NCBI RefSeq assembly: GCF_006345805.1
Contig: NC_043017.1
Location: 23,994,001-24,058,000, forward strand
Direction of reading: 5' to 3'
From: Octopus sinensis
Taxonomy: Eukaryota
DNA: 64,000 nt
Shown in pieces: positions 1-12,108 of the stretch (within the stretch, counting starts at the first letter, position 1; every line of letters begins with the position of its first letter). Below the pieces are notes generated by a model. That model worked only from the letters and a program-made list of their open reading frames with translations. It did no database searches and was not told where the DNA came from. A program made the translations under genes and the position numbers.

Positions 1-699
1 CTTTTGAACGGCAGTTTTCAACACAATTTCTAGTTAACTAGACATTTTAAAACTTCGTATATTGGTAGAATGTGTCAAAATAAAACATTTTTTTCTCTTG
101 GCTTCCTTGAGAAAATTGTAATTTGTAAGTTTAACGTAGTTTAATTTTTCGAATTTTAACCAATCCTATGGCCTCTAAAATCATTTGCTGCGTCTAAAAC
201 AGACAACATCCTGTCACTAACCCTAACCCTAAATTTTAGCCTTTCGGGTTTTTTTTCTTAATTGTTAAATTAATTTAAGGATAACAATTAAAAAAACGAA
301 AGCAATGGAAAATAATTTTAATTTAACAATTAAGAAAAAAAACGAAAGGCTAAAACGAAAGCAAAAACTCAAAACAAAAACAAAACGAATAATTTTAGAC
401 ACACGCGTAACAATTAAATTAATTTAACAATTAAGAAAAGAAAACGAAATGCTAAAATTTAGGGTTAGGGTTAGTGACAGGATGTAGACGCAGCAAATGA
501 TTTTAGCTCAAAAGAGGCCATAGGATTGGTTAAAATTCGAAAAATTAAACTACATTAAACTTACAAATTACAATTTTCTCAAGAAAGCCAAGAGAAAAAA
601 AATGTTTTATTTTGACACATTCTACCCGTATACGAAGTTTAAAAGTGTTTAGTTAACTAGAAATTGTGTTGAAAACTGCCATTCAAAAGGAAAAAATCC
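1..699. mobile_element. Foldback-type MITE with ~280-bp inverted arms (Merlin-type ends; left tip cut by the window edge)
   Basis: 1-276 is the reverse complement of 416-699. The right end reads ...AAAACTGCCATTCAAAAGGAAAAAATCC. Each arm has (TAACCC)2. The outer ~110 bp is homologous to the left arm of the MITE at 8659. Confidence 0.85.
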
Positions 700-2289
700 G
701 AGGTGGGGCACTACAGAAATGTTAAATGGTCTACGGCACAAAAAAATTTCTTTAAACTCGCTAAAATAATAACCGGGGTGCCTTTATCTCTACTAAGTAT
801 AGATGCAGGTGTGTTACCTAAGATTAATGTACTTAAATCAAAAGTTCACCATATTATTTTTTCAGGCATTGTGTATCCCGCTTGTACTCTTTTTAAAATG
901 GTAAGTTGTAGTATGAAGAAGAGATCATTACTATTTCTAGCAAGTTTAGTGTCCATATCAAGGCTCCCGTGCTGACTCTTTTTTAAGAACGAAATTCTAA
1001 GTTATCTTGACTTTCGTAAAAAGAAAAAGAAAACACAGAAAATCAAAACCAAAATGTAGAACATTTCACTCTCCTGACTAAACAGCTTCTAACGTAACAT
1101 CAATGTTATAGATACCCTTAAAGGATCGACAAGTCCTTAGATATTCGCTAGCACTTCACCATACATAACGTAATTGTTAATAATCTCTGTGTTGTAAGGA
1201 CAATAACAGTTGTAATACAAAGTAATTGTCGAAATTAATAAATAAATAAATAGATAAATAAACGAGAATAACAAACTACGGTAGTTATGAATGGAATGCA
1301 AGTAGAAAATACAAATATAAAGAATGCTTCTAAACTGTTTCGTTGCCGTAAAGGAAAAAAGTGGCGGGGGGGAGAAAACAACAACATATAATAGCAGTGT
1401 GTAATACAGTCGTGATGACAGGAAATATACGTTTCATGTAGTTATGTCTAAAATTCTTCACGTAATGAATTTCTTTACTGAATTATTTCCCTGGACTAAA
1501 CCCTAACCGATATTACAAGATAATAAAGAAAAGGAACAATTCGCTTTATTAGATTTCTTGATATTAGTGTTAAATTAAGCAGGCGAGTAAAGTATCAGTA
1601 TACATGTCAAATTCCGAAACAGTCCCCCTAACAGATTCTTTGGCTACCGTTTTGAGAAGAGTTATCATAGCACATTAGTGGTAAGAAAGAAAAAAAAAAC
1701 CTTCATATGAAATTGCTTTAGGTGAGACGATCGAGGTATAAAGTTTTAACATAGCGTCCTCTACTTGACCTTGATAATTTAAACGAAATCATTAGCAAAC
1801 GAGAGAAATTTGCAGTAGAAAACCGTAAGCGTTCATTCACACAATGATAACCATATTTTTGTTTTGTTTTATTTTTCTAACGCAATATTTCAGTTATCAT
1901 AATTAAGATATGATTACTGGAATCAGAAATATGTTTTGCTTTAGGTAGAATGAATTGTAATATTTGTATGAAACAGTACATATTAAGCAAAGTAATTACG
2001 TTATAACCACTATGTAGTAGTTAAAATATTAGTGTGCAGAGTCTGTGTTGAAGACTCAGTCGGCACCATTCTGTTTTGCTGGTGTCATTGGTGCTTTTGA
2101 GGAAGACATAAATACTACAATTTTCCACTTCAACTTGTTGGCTGAATATAAGTTATCATTCGTAAAATACACTCTCATAGATCGGAGAAGATACAGAAAA
2201 TATGGGACAATCTGCGTCCAGGTCCCACTTTCAACTCTCCCCTTGATCAATCTGATCAATTTCCAAGGTGTCACCTACTTCCAGCAAGT

Positions 2290-2965
2290 GCAAAATTCTC
2301 AGGGGACTGGAATGATGCCCTGCCTGTGGCCAACATTGGAGGTCTACACAGTCTAGATGAACTCCGCATCTCCATCGCACTCAGAATGGGAACTGACGCT
2401 TATAGAGCTGAGATGCCGCTGTGGGTAGGCCTCTCGACCCCACAGGTTTTCACGGTTTGTTTTGCCGCCTAAATGATGGTCGCTTCACTTGTCACACTGA
2501 GCTAAACCTAATTATTAAGCGGGCCCTGGCTCGGATTAATATCCCCTCAGTTCTGCAGCCGCCAGGGTTATCCAGGAGAGATGGAAAGAGACCAGATGGT
2601 CTTTCCCTCTGTTCCTATGTTAGAGGTAGGCGCCTCATTTGGGAAGCCAGAGTCTGCGACTCCTCTGATCCTACCCAAATCCTGGATGCTGTAGATAATG
2701 AGAGGGTCACTGCTTCCGTAGCCGAACAGAAGAAAACCCTGAAGTATCGAGACCTGACAGTGAACTATCTCTTCCAGCCTGTGGCGTTTAAGACGTTCGG
2801 ATGGATTGGGCCTCTAACCACGAAGTTCTTGTCAACGTTGGCAGCTCGCCTCACCTAGGTGTCAGGTGATACTTGTAAGAGCACTTGGCTTTCCTAACGC
2901 CTTAGCATCGCCATCGCCCCTGGTAATGCTGCGAACGTGCTGGCTTGCTTCAGTAGGTTCCGTTA
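2290..2965 (+). pseudogene. 3' part of a CRE-like non-LTR retrotransposon ORF (zinc knuckle plus restriction-like endonuclease)
   Basis: Frameshifted translation reads SGDWNDALP..DELRISIALRMG / CRCG..GFHGLFC..GRFTCHTELNLIIKRAL..RRDGKRPDGL..LIWEARVCD..AEQKKTLKY..FQPVAFKTFG..RLSIAIAPGNAA. This is the C/H knuckle and RPD..(D/E)..K pattern of RLE-type LINEs. Confidence 0.8.
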
Positions 2966-3175
2966 AACCTTGTAGTGTGTGACCAGTTGCTGGGATAAAA
3001 CAAATGCTTTTAGTACAGCTTTAACAAAGATTTGGAAGAATTAGATGAAAGTTCTTCGATAATTTTCTTTCATGCAAATAAGTGTTTATGTTAATTTAAA
3101 AATTTGCCAGCAAAATCTTATAAAATGACAATGTTCTAAAAGATGTACGTTTATATGTTATGTATGAAAATAAAA

Positions 3176-3510
3176 TCTGTCCCTATATATATTTTCAGAA
3201 GTTTGAGTGTAAAACTTAATTACCATTTGGAATGCTTTCGCTAATAACATCGTTATCCTTAGTAAAACGTATAAGATGCCCTGACCTATTATCTAAGACA
3301 ATGATATTTTTAAGGTTGTAGTACCAAATTTTTTTTTTTTTTTTTTCTTGCAAAAGTGTTAAAAGCGTTTAGAGCTCTGGAGCTGATGCCATAAAAACCA
3401 ATACGTCGATATTATAAATGATTGAGAGAAACGAATTGAGAGAACTGAATTTGATAGGTTTGGAACTGGAGGAACATCTGCGGCAGATGACCTCATACAA
3501 ATACAACTAG
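3176..3510 (+). mobile_element. Putative non-autonomous Helitron
   Basis: 5' A|TC end. A strong hairpin GAGG-AA-CATCTG-CGG-CAGATG-A-CCTC (3469-3494) lies 12 nt before CTAG (3507-3510). The base after CTAG is G rather than the canonical T. Confidence 0.5.
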
Positions 3511-3610
3511 GTTGATGGCTGAAATATTAGAACAGACGCAGTTTAAGGAAATGTTTCTACCAGGTTTTGTTAAACATATTCAAAAGTTTGAAATTTTAAC
3601 TCCTACAAAT

Positions 3611-3830
3611 GATAATGGCTTAAATTTTGGCACAAGGTCAGCAGTTTCGAGGGAAGGGGTAAGTCGATTATATCGACCCCAGTACTCACCTACTACTTAT
3701 TTTATTGACTCCGAAAGGAAGAAAGGCGAAGTCGACCTCGGCAGAATTTGAACTCAGAACATGCAGACGAACGAAATGTCGCAAAGCATTTTGCCCGGCG
3801 TGATAACCGTTCTGCCAGTTCGCCACCTTA
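3611..3830 (-). mobile_element. tRNA-derived SINE, family A
   Basis: Reverse complement of the A-box head / GAGTTCAAATT B-box SINE seen at 7259. The TSD CTCCTACAAAT is at 3600-3610 and 3831-3841. Confidence 0.85.
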
Positions 3831-4109
3831 CTCCTACAAATTATAACAATAGTATGCTAAAAAGAATTATTAATATCACATAGCGACAACAATCGTCAAA
3901 GAAAAGTTGTATGTTAATCTTGCGACTATATACTCAGACTAGGAATATGTCTTATTTCAAGGAAGATATGCGCTGTATCTATAGGAAGAGCCATTTTCAA
4001 TTTGTCCGCCAATCTTCTACAAAGACATTTGGGAAAGCGCATGAAGTTGATGCTGGGCAATGTCTTCAGTATTGAGGGCAGTGATGCCAACTCCCTGATC
4101 TCCATTAAA

Positions 4110-5010
4110 TAAAACTATATTGAGGCACAGATGCAAGTAGATACTAACAGTGTTGTCACTATCATCCCAAGTAACGTCTGGATAAAACTAGTGCCTCCCA
4201 ATCTTGAACCTTGCAACACCAACTTAAACATTTAGCGGTTCGATTATCAAACTGGTGGGGAGTTTGAAATAATGAATGGAGACGGGAAGTATAAAAGATA
4301 TAGTTTCCGTAATTGTCACTGTTATAAGAAAAAACGTGGTCTTCTTGAAATGGAAGTGTTAAAATGTACATCACTGATTTATCATATATCATTTATCTTT
4401 AAAACTGCAAAAGAAAGTTATAAAAGCTGAAATAGAATTAAAAAGTAAAGTTGAACAAGCGCATTAGGAATGAAGACAACTTCCTATGCATATTTATGTC
4501 CATATTCTAATGAAATTAAAGGAAATGATAAACTATGAAAAGAGCTGAATGAGGAGGACTTCACCGTCGGTTGTGGAGCGCAAGCCTGATAGCAATTTAC
4601 GTACTTGTGCAGAGTAAAAGATATATGTTCTGCCTATTACGTACACCACAATATTTAGTTCACAAGCTGGTAAGTATGAAATATTTTGCAAAGATTGATT
4701 TGGTCGAACCCTAATATCCAGTCTTAATTTCTGATGAAGCTCAGGATATAACAGTGAACGCAATATTTCAACATGTTATAAAAAATGTATTAGGAGATGT
4801 CACCGATATAATAATTTATCAAGACGACATTTGCATTGGTGGTCACTCTACTGACGGCCCGGAGCAGAAAAGTAAAAGTATTTTTATTAGAAAAAATTCA
4901 CCTCCCATGTTATGACTATTAACAGAATGAAGAATATCTTTCGTGCAAAGGCAGTGACCTTTTTTGACTGTAAGATCTCCAAACATGATATTCAACCACA
5001 CGATATTAGA
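4110..5010 (+). pseudogene. Decayed Ty3/Gypsy pol (protease and reverse transcriptase)
   Basis: MQVDTNSVVTIIPSNVWIKL from 4131 (DTG-like protease). TSPSVVERKPDSNLRTC at ~4558. YFAKIDL..EAQDITVN-AIFQHVIKNVL..IIIYQDDICIGG from 4682, with YQDD at 4817-4828. Stops and deletions are present. The ORF track misses it. Confidence 0.8.
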
Positions 5011-6638
5011 CCTAAAAAGGTTGACACAAAAAGCGAGATGAACAGATGTTCATATTTATCTACATAAATTTCTATCAGAGACAATGCCACAAATTGTAGG
5101 TGAGAAAACAGTGGATTAAATCGACCGCAAGAGTTAACTAGCACTTGTTCTATCGACCGCAAAGTCGATTTCTGTGAGACTCGAATTCTGATCGTAAAAT
5201 AATTTAACTATAACTTACTACTCAGTATTTTGTCGTCGCTCAGCTGATTCTGCCATTCATAGTCGAACCTGCAACCACATGGTTATGCGATGCAATTCAT
5301 ACCCACATAGCCAAGGCGATGGAGGAAACGAGGTATGTACGAGAAAAGGGGCACTCGTTCTTCTGACGAAATAAAATTCAAAAATATCATCTTGCTAAAA
5401 ATAGGCCTTACTATGCTCTGAAGCCCCGGTGAAAGTCCCTCAAATAAAGGATTTGAAGAAAAAACTGCTGAAGCAGCTAATCTGTTATAAACTCATTATA
5501 TCCTACATCGTATATTGTCTTTCACAAATATGTCTAATATTTTGTTTGCTTTTTTTTTTTTTTACTATTCCAAATCAACGAAATTCTTTTACAATTGGGA
5601 GACTAGAGTTGAAATGCCGAGAATAATTTTTCTTCTTTGACAGCATAAACAGAAGTTTGGTAGTTTTTTTCTTTTTTTAGCAAAAGGGTAGCCCAAAGTA
5701 CGTTTTACAAATGAAAACAAACTCCATGTTTTAGGATAAAAGCAATCTACAAACTGGATTGCTATGAGTTACGACAAGTGTAACACCGCAAAGCATATCA
5801 CTTACATATCACTTTTCTGGATATATCGAAGAATAATTGCCCAAATCAAAGACAGAACATGCCCCAGTGATATATTGTTTCACAATTTAAAAAAAATACT
5901 TTCCATGTGTTTACAGCTCGGATAGAGAAATGTCAAGATTTAAACGAGTTAAACTGTTTTTGAAGAGGGATGTTACCAAAAATAGTTGGTTTTGCTTAAC
6001 TAAAGAGGGGGTACGTAAGTTTTTTCAAGAACAACTCTCCCAAACTTAACGAAACCAAACGAAAAAATTAGGATCAACATCCCAGATTCGACTTCCAGTC
6101 ACAACCATTTTACTTCACTTGCGGTGCTAATGGCTAAGGCAGACCACAAATATAACAACTCAAATTCACAAAATTCAAAATTATTTTATTCGCTGTTCCG
6201 TAGTTTCATAAAATAAAATAATAATAATAATAACTTTACGTAAAACAACAGTGTCATAGGAAAGCGATACAGTCATGATAAGGTGATTTCGTTTCTAATT
6301 CATTAGTTGAAACTATTTTATTGCAACTGAAGTCACTTGCACCCTAGTAAGATATATGAGAATTAGATAATTCCATTTTTATTACCAACTGCTAGAAAAT
6401 ATAGATAAATTCCTTCCAGGTCTTCTCAGTCTATGGGAGAGAGGTAGCATGCCAGGGTTTCATACAGCTGAGATTCAGTTTGAATATTTGCAGGTTGGTG
6501 TTTAGAGACACAATTTAGACAGATAGGGAATTCAAAATGCATGCAAACACAAGATCTGGAGTGGAACACAGAAAGCGAGGGAAAGAGAGTCGCATACACA
6601 GAACGGCAGGTTTGAGTGTGAGTAGTATATCTTTTATT

Positions 6639-6797
6639 GGCGAACCTTCGGTATATGTACCGGTGTAAGTACTGGAAGTGTATTTTTTTTATATATGGGT
6701 TAGGGTTTGCGTTAGGGTTAGGGGTGGGAGTAAAGGGTTTCTGTTATCTTCAGAAATGTAAACAAAGTCACGTGTGTACATATACCGAAGCATCGCC
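6639..6797. mobile_element. 159-bp Merlin-type MITE
   Basis: 22-bp TIR GGCGAACCTTCGGTATATGTAC / GTACATATACCGAAGCATCGCC (20/22 matches). 8-bp TSD CTTTTATT / CTTTTTTT. Internal GGGTTAGGG motifs. Confidence 0.75.
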
Positions 6798-6801
6798 CTT
6801 T

Positions 6802-6973
6802 TTTTGTTTCGGTCATGAGACTGCGGTCATGCTGTGGCACCACCTTGAAGAATTTATTCCATCGGTCTCTTTGCCGAACTGCAAAGTTACGGTGATGTAA
6901 ACATACTAACACCGATTGTTAAGCGGTGGTGGAGGACAAACACAGGCATAAAGACACACACACATACATATAG

Positions 6974-7005
<32 letters not shown>

Positions 7006-7138
7006 TAATCGACAGGTTTCTTTCCGTTTTCGTCTACCAAATCCACTCATAAGGCTTTAATCAGCCTGTGACTATAGCAGAAGACACTTGCTCAAGAACC
7101 CGGAACCAAGCTTCTTACAACACAGCCACGCTGTGCCT
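6802..7138 (-). mobile_element. tRNA-derived SINE, family B (decayed)
   Basis: Reverse-complement homology to 9660-10062, including the internal (TA)n tract. Confidence 0.8.
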
Positions 7139-7258
7139 GGTGCATTAGTGACAGTAGAAGGGAGAGAGCAAATACACTACACATTTGTGATTCAGTAGTT
7201 GGAGAATACTCTTAGGTGTGGGGCGTATTTAATGTTGTTTAGTGGTAGCAGTGCAGAA

Positions 7259-7478
7259 AAGGCAGCGAATTGGCAGAATCGTTAGCGCGCCGGGCGAAAT
7301 GCTCAGCGGTATTTTGTCTGCCGTTACGTTCTGAGTTCAAATTCCGCCGAGGTCGACTTTGCCTTTCATCCTTTCGGGGTCGATAAATTAAGTACCAGTT
7401 ACGCACTGGGGTCGATATAATCGACTTAATCCGTTTGTCTGCCTTGTTTGTCCCTTCTGTGTGTGTAGTAAAGAAATA
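7259..7478 (+). mobile_element. tRNA-derived SINE, family A, full length (tail type 1)
   Basis: A-box-like TGGCAGAATCGTTAGC and B-box GAGTTCAAATTCC. Exact 15-bp TSD GGTAGCAGTGCAGAA at 7244-7258 and 7479-7493. Confidence 0.9.
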
Positions 7479-8658
7479 GGTAGCAGTGCAGAATTATTTT
7501 CAATTAAAAAGAAATACATCCTTTGTTATGCTGATTTGGCTGCATAAAGTATATTTGCCGTTGCCATTAAGGATCATCATATATTATAAGTGCGTGTATT
7601 TGTAAAGCGTGTTGAGTTTTTAAATGAGTAGTTAAAATGCAGTGTTGTATGTTTTCGTGATAAAAATGTCTATGTGACTCTTTTATAATTTGAGAGCACG
7701 TACTTATTTTGCAGTATTTACTCAAGTTTAGAGCTCAGGTAAAATAAACAACTTTTTTTTTTATCCCAACAGTGAGCAAAATAAAAGGAACACCTATAAA
7801 ATGGTGGAAGCATTTGATACGTTTCACTTTAATTGCTGAGGGCGTAAGTGGTAGTATTAGATTAGATGCAGTGCAAGTATTTTGATCCATCACGTTTCAG
7901 GAATCAAATCATGCTGGAATTGACTTTAAGTTCACTATCAATTAAGTTTAACATTCTCTTCCTAAATTAGTTGGGACATGTGCACACTTGATATATCCTA
8001 ATACCTGCTCGTGCCCATGCCTTAATATGTTCAAAACATGCAGAGAAGCTTGGTGACAGTCTAATGCCGAAACAATTTGTACAGGTAAGAGACCTAGACT
8101 TAGTTGATCGACTATACCACCTCCATTACAAAACTGGCCTTGTGCCTAGTCTAGACTAAAGAAATCGTTATTGTTTTATTTCTTGTTTTCTCATGGCAGT
8201 GTTCCACATGAAGCTGTAGATAAGATGTCACATCCAAAAGCCACATAGCGATATCCAAAACCCTCATACTACTCAGAGTTGTTCTATTTTAGAGAGGCCT
8301 CATGCTGTGAAAGAAGTTCTTATTGAAATTAATCCTTTCGTCGGCATGATATTTGGCAATAACAATAACAAATAAATACATGCAGCAATTTAAAATAAAA
8401 ATGGCAATTTTCAACAACAGAATGACAATAGTAGCAGCAGAAGAATTGGTGTAAAGACGAGTGTAGCCACAAAAATTACGTCAATAAAGACAGCAGATAT
8501 ATTTGTTCCTTACGAACAGTGTCACAGCAGTCACGAATGGACCAAACCATTTTAAAATCCACTTTTCATCCTTTTTCTCTTCTCCTTCTGCCTTATAATA
8601 GATGCTACATTAAAGTACTAATCAAGACATTGCATAACTGATGAGTATCATCGACTCG

Positions 8659-9042
8659 GGATCTTTTCGGTTTGAACGGCAGTTTTTAACATAATTTCTA
8701 GGTAACTAAAATATTTTAAACTTCGTATACTGGTAGAATGTGTTTATAAAACATATTTTTCTCTTGGCTTTATTGAGAAAATTCTATGGTTTCAATTTCT
8801 GCAATTTCAACCAATCAGTGACGTCTATTGAGTTAAAAAGCATTCTGTGCCGTATGAATATGTCCCTCGTTTAAGAAACAGATTGGGTTTATTTACATTT
8901 GTGAATAAAAAAAGATACCCTTCCTCCACCCCTAACCCTAAAAGAGATTGAAATGCAATAGATCGATTCTAGGGTCATAATTATGGGTGACAATTTCATA
9001 TGACACCGCTAGAAAAAACTGCCGTTCAAACCGAAAAGATCC
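8659..9042. mobile_element. 384-bp Merlin-type MITE
   Basis: Perfect 29-bp TIR GGATCTTTTCGGTTTGAACGGCAGTTTTT. Perfect 8-bp TSD TCGACTCG at 8651-8658 and 9043-9050. Internal CCCTAACCCTAA. Confidence 0.9.
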
Positions 9043-9659
9043 TCGACTCGCAGTACTTAACTATCCCCCCACGGGAATATGACTTGTTGGTACTGAGCAC
9101 CGACAAGAATTAGAGAGAAAATTGGTGTGATTTTTTTCGATTTATTCATGTACAAAAATTAATCATGGCGACTACAACTACTACAACAACGAGTACAAAG
9201 AGCAGTAACAGCAATAAAAAAAATAGCTAACAACATTAATAATATCAACAATAACAGCAGTAGCGACATCATTTGTCTTTGTACGACATTTCCTCGGTGC
9301 CAAATATGCAGTGAAAGAAGATGTTTCAGATTTTCCCACAGATATAAATGGATTTGTTGTGATAAGAATGCAAAGTGTTGAACTCTGCTAGACAGTAGCT
9401 TTTGGGCGACATACGATATAGTGAATTAGTATCGCATCGCGCATTTTTATTGTACCTTGTCGGAGATTAGGATACAATGATGTTAAGAAATATATCTCCG
9501 TATATATTTTCCGATAAAACTGATGTAGAAAATCGAAATACTTAGAGTATTGTATTATTTCAAACAATATGCGGGTGGATATATCATATGCCCACAAATA
9601 CACATACATTTGACCAAGAGACTATTTTTGATATAAAATTAATTAATGAGATAAACATA

Positions 9660-10062
9660 GGCGCAGGAGTGGCTGTGTGGTAAGTAGCTTGCTAACCAAC
9701 CACATGGTTCCGGGTTCAGTCCCACTGCGTGGCATCTTGGGCAAGTGTCTTCTGCTATAGCCCCGGGCCGACCAATGCCTTGTGAGTGGATTTGGTAGAC
9801 GGAAACTGAAAGAAGCCTGTCGTATATATGTATATATATATATGTGTTTGTGTGTCTGTGTTTGTCTCCCTAGCATTGCTTGACAACCGATGCTGGTGTG
9901 TTTACGTCCCCGTCACTTAGCGGTTCGGCAAAAGAGACCGATAGAATAAGTACTGGGCTTACAAAGAATAAGTCCCGGGGTCGATTTGCTCGACTAAAGG
10001 CGGTGCTCCAGCATGGCCGCAGTCAAATGACTGAAACAAGTAAAAGAGTAAAAGAGAAAAGA
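9660..10062 (+). mobile_element. tRNA-derived SINE, family B, full length
   Basis: Head GGCGCAGGAGTGGCTGTGTGG..GGTTCAGTCCC, central TTGGGCAAGTGTCTTCT, internal TA/TG tract and AAAGAG tail. Nearly identical to 29806-30192. Confidence 0.9.
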
Positions 10063-11099
10063 GTATAGTTTTACTTCAACAAACGTTTCAGATTTGGAAT
10101 GATTAAAGTTCGCAGTTCACTTTTGCTACAGCGTTCTTTTATGTCTTTATTTAGTCCAAAGTCAGGCTTAATCAAGCATACCTGTAATCAAAGACATTCC
10201 AGCCACAACCACTCCATCTTTGTAAACAGTGTTGCTAAACTAACATTATCCTTCTTTTCTTAAAATGGTAATGTATGATTTGGAGATTTGGTTAATACTT
10301 CTATGAAGTCGAACAACCACTCAGAGCTTTCCTCGCTGACACATTTTGTTAAAGCAATCAGAGAAGGGTCACCTTTGCAAATCCTTCCAGACTGATGAGG
10401 TCGATGCGGTTGGTGTTCGGTTTAAACATTTCTATGTCAATGTTCGCTATATAAGAGTGCGCAGAGAAGAAGTTTAGACAAGTTGCAGACATCGGATGAA
10501 GAAGCGTTGAAAAATGCTCGGTGATGAGGCATGGTGAGTGGGATGAAGTGTGTCTGGGTGAAGTATTCAGTAAGTCCAAAAGATCAGAGACCGTTGTTGT
10601 ATAGGTAGAAGAGGAAAAGAGAGGAGTCTGCATGTTAGTAAGTTAGTTATTTCAAAGTGTTGATAATTAAATATTCACCAAAAGAAGAATAGTATTCTTA
10701 TGAAATCGCTCACAGTTGTTTGTTTGCAAAGCAGCGGCACTGACTCATGCATGTATTGTAATATGACACATATTTGAAAATTTTCGAGAGAATCCTCGAC
10801 TATTCAAGGCTGATGTACTTTCTAGTCCAAAAGAGAACTCCTAGGCTTAATAGAGCAGTTTAAAAAAGATAATACATTTGGTGTCATCTGAAATTCTAAG
10901 CCTTTACACGGTTTAGAAGATTTTAGTGGATTGTTACTTCTGACTAAAAGGAATGAGGTGCAAACTAGTTTCATTAAAATATGTATCGACTGTTTTGCAT
11001 GTTTGTGTATGTTGTTGTTATTGTTGCTAAAAGAGGTGAGGTTACCGTGTCTCTACTGAGGAATTTTTCACAGTCATTATTCAGCAGTACCTGTCTGTC

Positions 11100-11450
11100 T
11101 GAAGCTGCTGCGTGTGGGTGACACCAGTATGCGGGAAATTGTAATATGAAGGCTTACATAAGCTGCATTATTGAAGTGAACAGCAAGTATAGCATTAACG
11201 AACAGAAGAAAGGGTGTGCGTGAAAGAAAGGAATAATTGACGATTGAAAGACACCCGACGGTCATATGGGATTTGCAAATCTTCTGCGACTGGTGAGTTC
11301 GACACAGCTGACGTTCCTCTTTTAAGAGTCGCAAGTTGACGGCTGTAGGAAAACATGTACAAAGAGAGCATTTCAAGGGACAACATTCTTGAAGGAAGAC
11401 TAAGCATAAGAGTTGGTGCAGGATCTGGGGTTTGAATATAATAGGGATGA
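11100..11450 (+). pseudogene. Possible very decayed RTE-type LINE RT C-terminus
   Basis: KSRKLTAVGKHVQR / DNILEGRL resembles the RTE pattern K.RKL.(Y/F)GH..R / .ILEG.. Weak and frameshifted. Confidence 0.3.
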
Positions 11451-11799
11451 CGAGAAGAAGAGAGGCAAGTGAATTGGGAGTGATTGGGTGGAGTCGCATG
11501 AGGACAACCAGTTCGAAGGAATCGAGGCCATTGTGACAATGATAGCAAAAGATGAGAGCGAAGACAATGCGCCTACAGGACACGTGCTGATCCCTATTAG
11601 TCAGTGACTTCATATTAATTAAAGAGGGTTTATTTTTCTTTCTGGATGCGGTCAAGGTTCCAAAGAAGCACCAGCCCCACACAGCTGTGAGACTAGCAGC
11701 TGCATAATCTTATCTATGACAATAATAGAAATGAAAATCTAGGACTAAGATGCAAGAGCTGCAAGTTTCTCATTATGTATGTATGTATGTATGTATGTG

Positions 11800-12108
11800 T
11801 GGAGGTGCAATGGCCCAGTGGTTAGGGCAGCGGACTCGCGGTCGTAGGATCGCGGTTTTGATTTCCAGACCAGGCATTGTGAGTGTTTATTGAGCGAAAA
11901 CACCTAAAGCTCCACGGGGCTCCGGCAGGGGCCGGTGGTGATCCCTGCTGTACTCTTTCACCACAACTTTCTCTCACTCTTTCTTCTGTTAGCCGGCTCG
12001 CTTAGCCAGCGGGGTGGTGTCATTGAAGGCTAAAACAATGCGAAGTGCATTGTGACCAGCGATGTATAGCAACATCTGATGGCCTGGTCGGTCACGTGAT
12101 CATGTGAT
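11800..12108 (+). mobile_element. tRNA-derived SINE, family C (tail type 1), flanked on both sides by (ATGT)n
   Basis: The head GGAGGTGCAATGGCCCAGTGGTTAGGGCAGCGGACTCGCGG is shared with 56683. The tail ends GGTCGGTCACGTGATCA. Confidence 0.85.

Noticed and set aside
866-900. Plus-strand exon-like segment (TTTTTTCAG|...|GTAAGT; GIVYPACTLFKM)
   Set aside because: The splice signals are good, but it is only 35 nt, has no convincing protein match or partner exons, and lies antisense to erg. RNA-seq would be needed.
8638-8660. CTGATGA hammerhead-like core next to the MITE
   Set aside because: No GAAA or stem III follows, even after removing the MITE.
11077-11682. 201-aa minus-strand ORF
   Set aside because: No recognisable domain; it is more likely the antisense of a decayed LINE.
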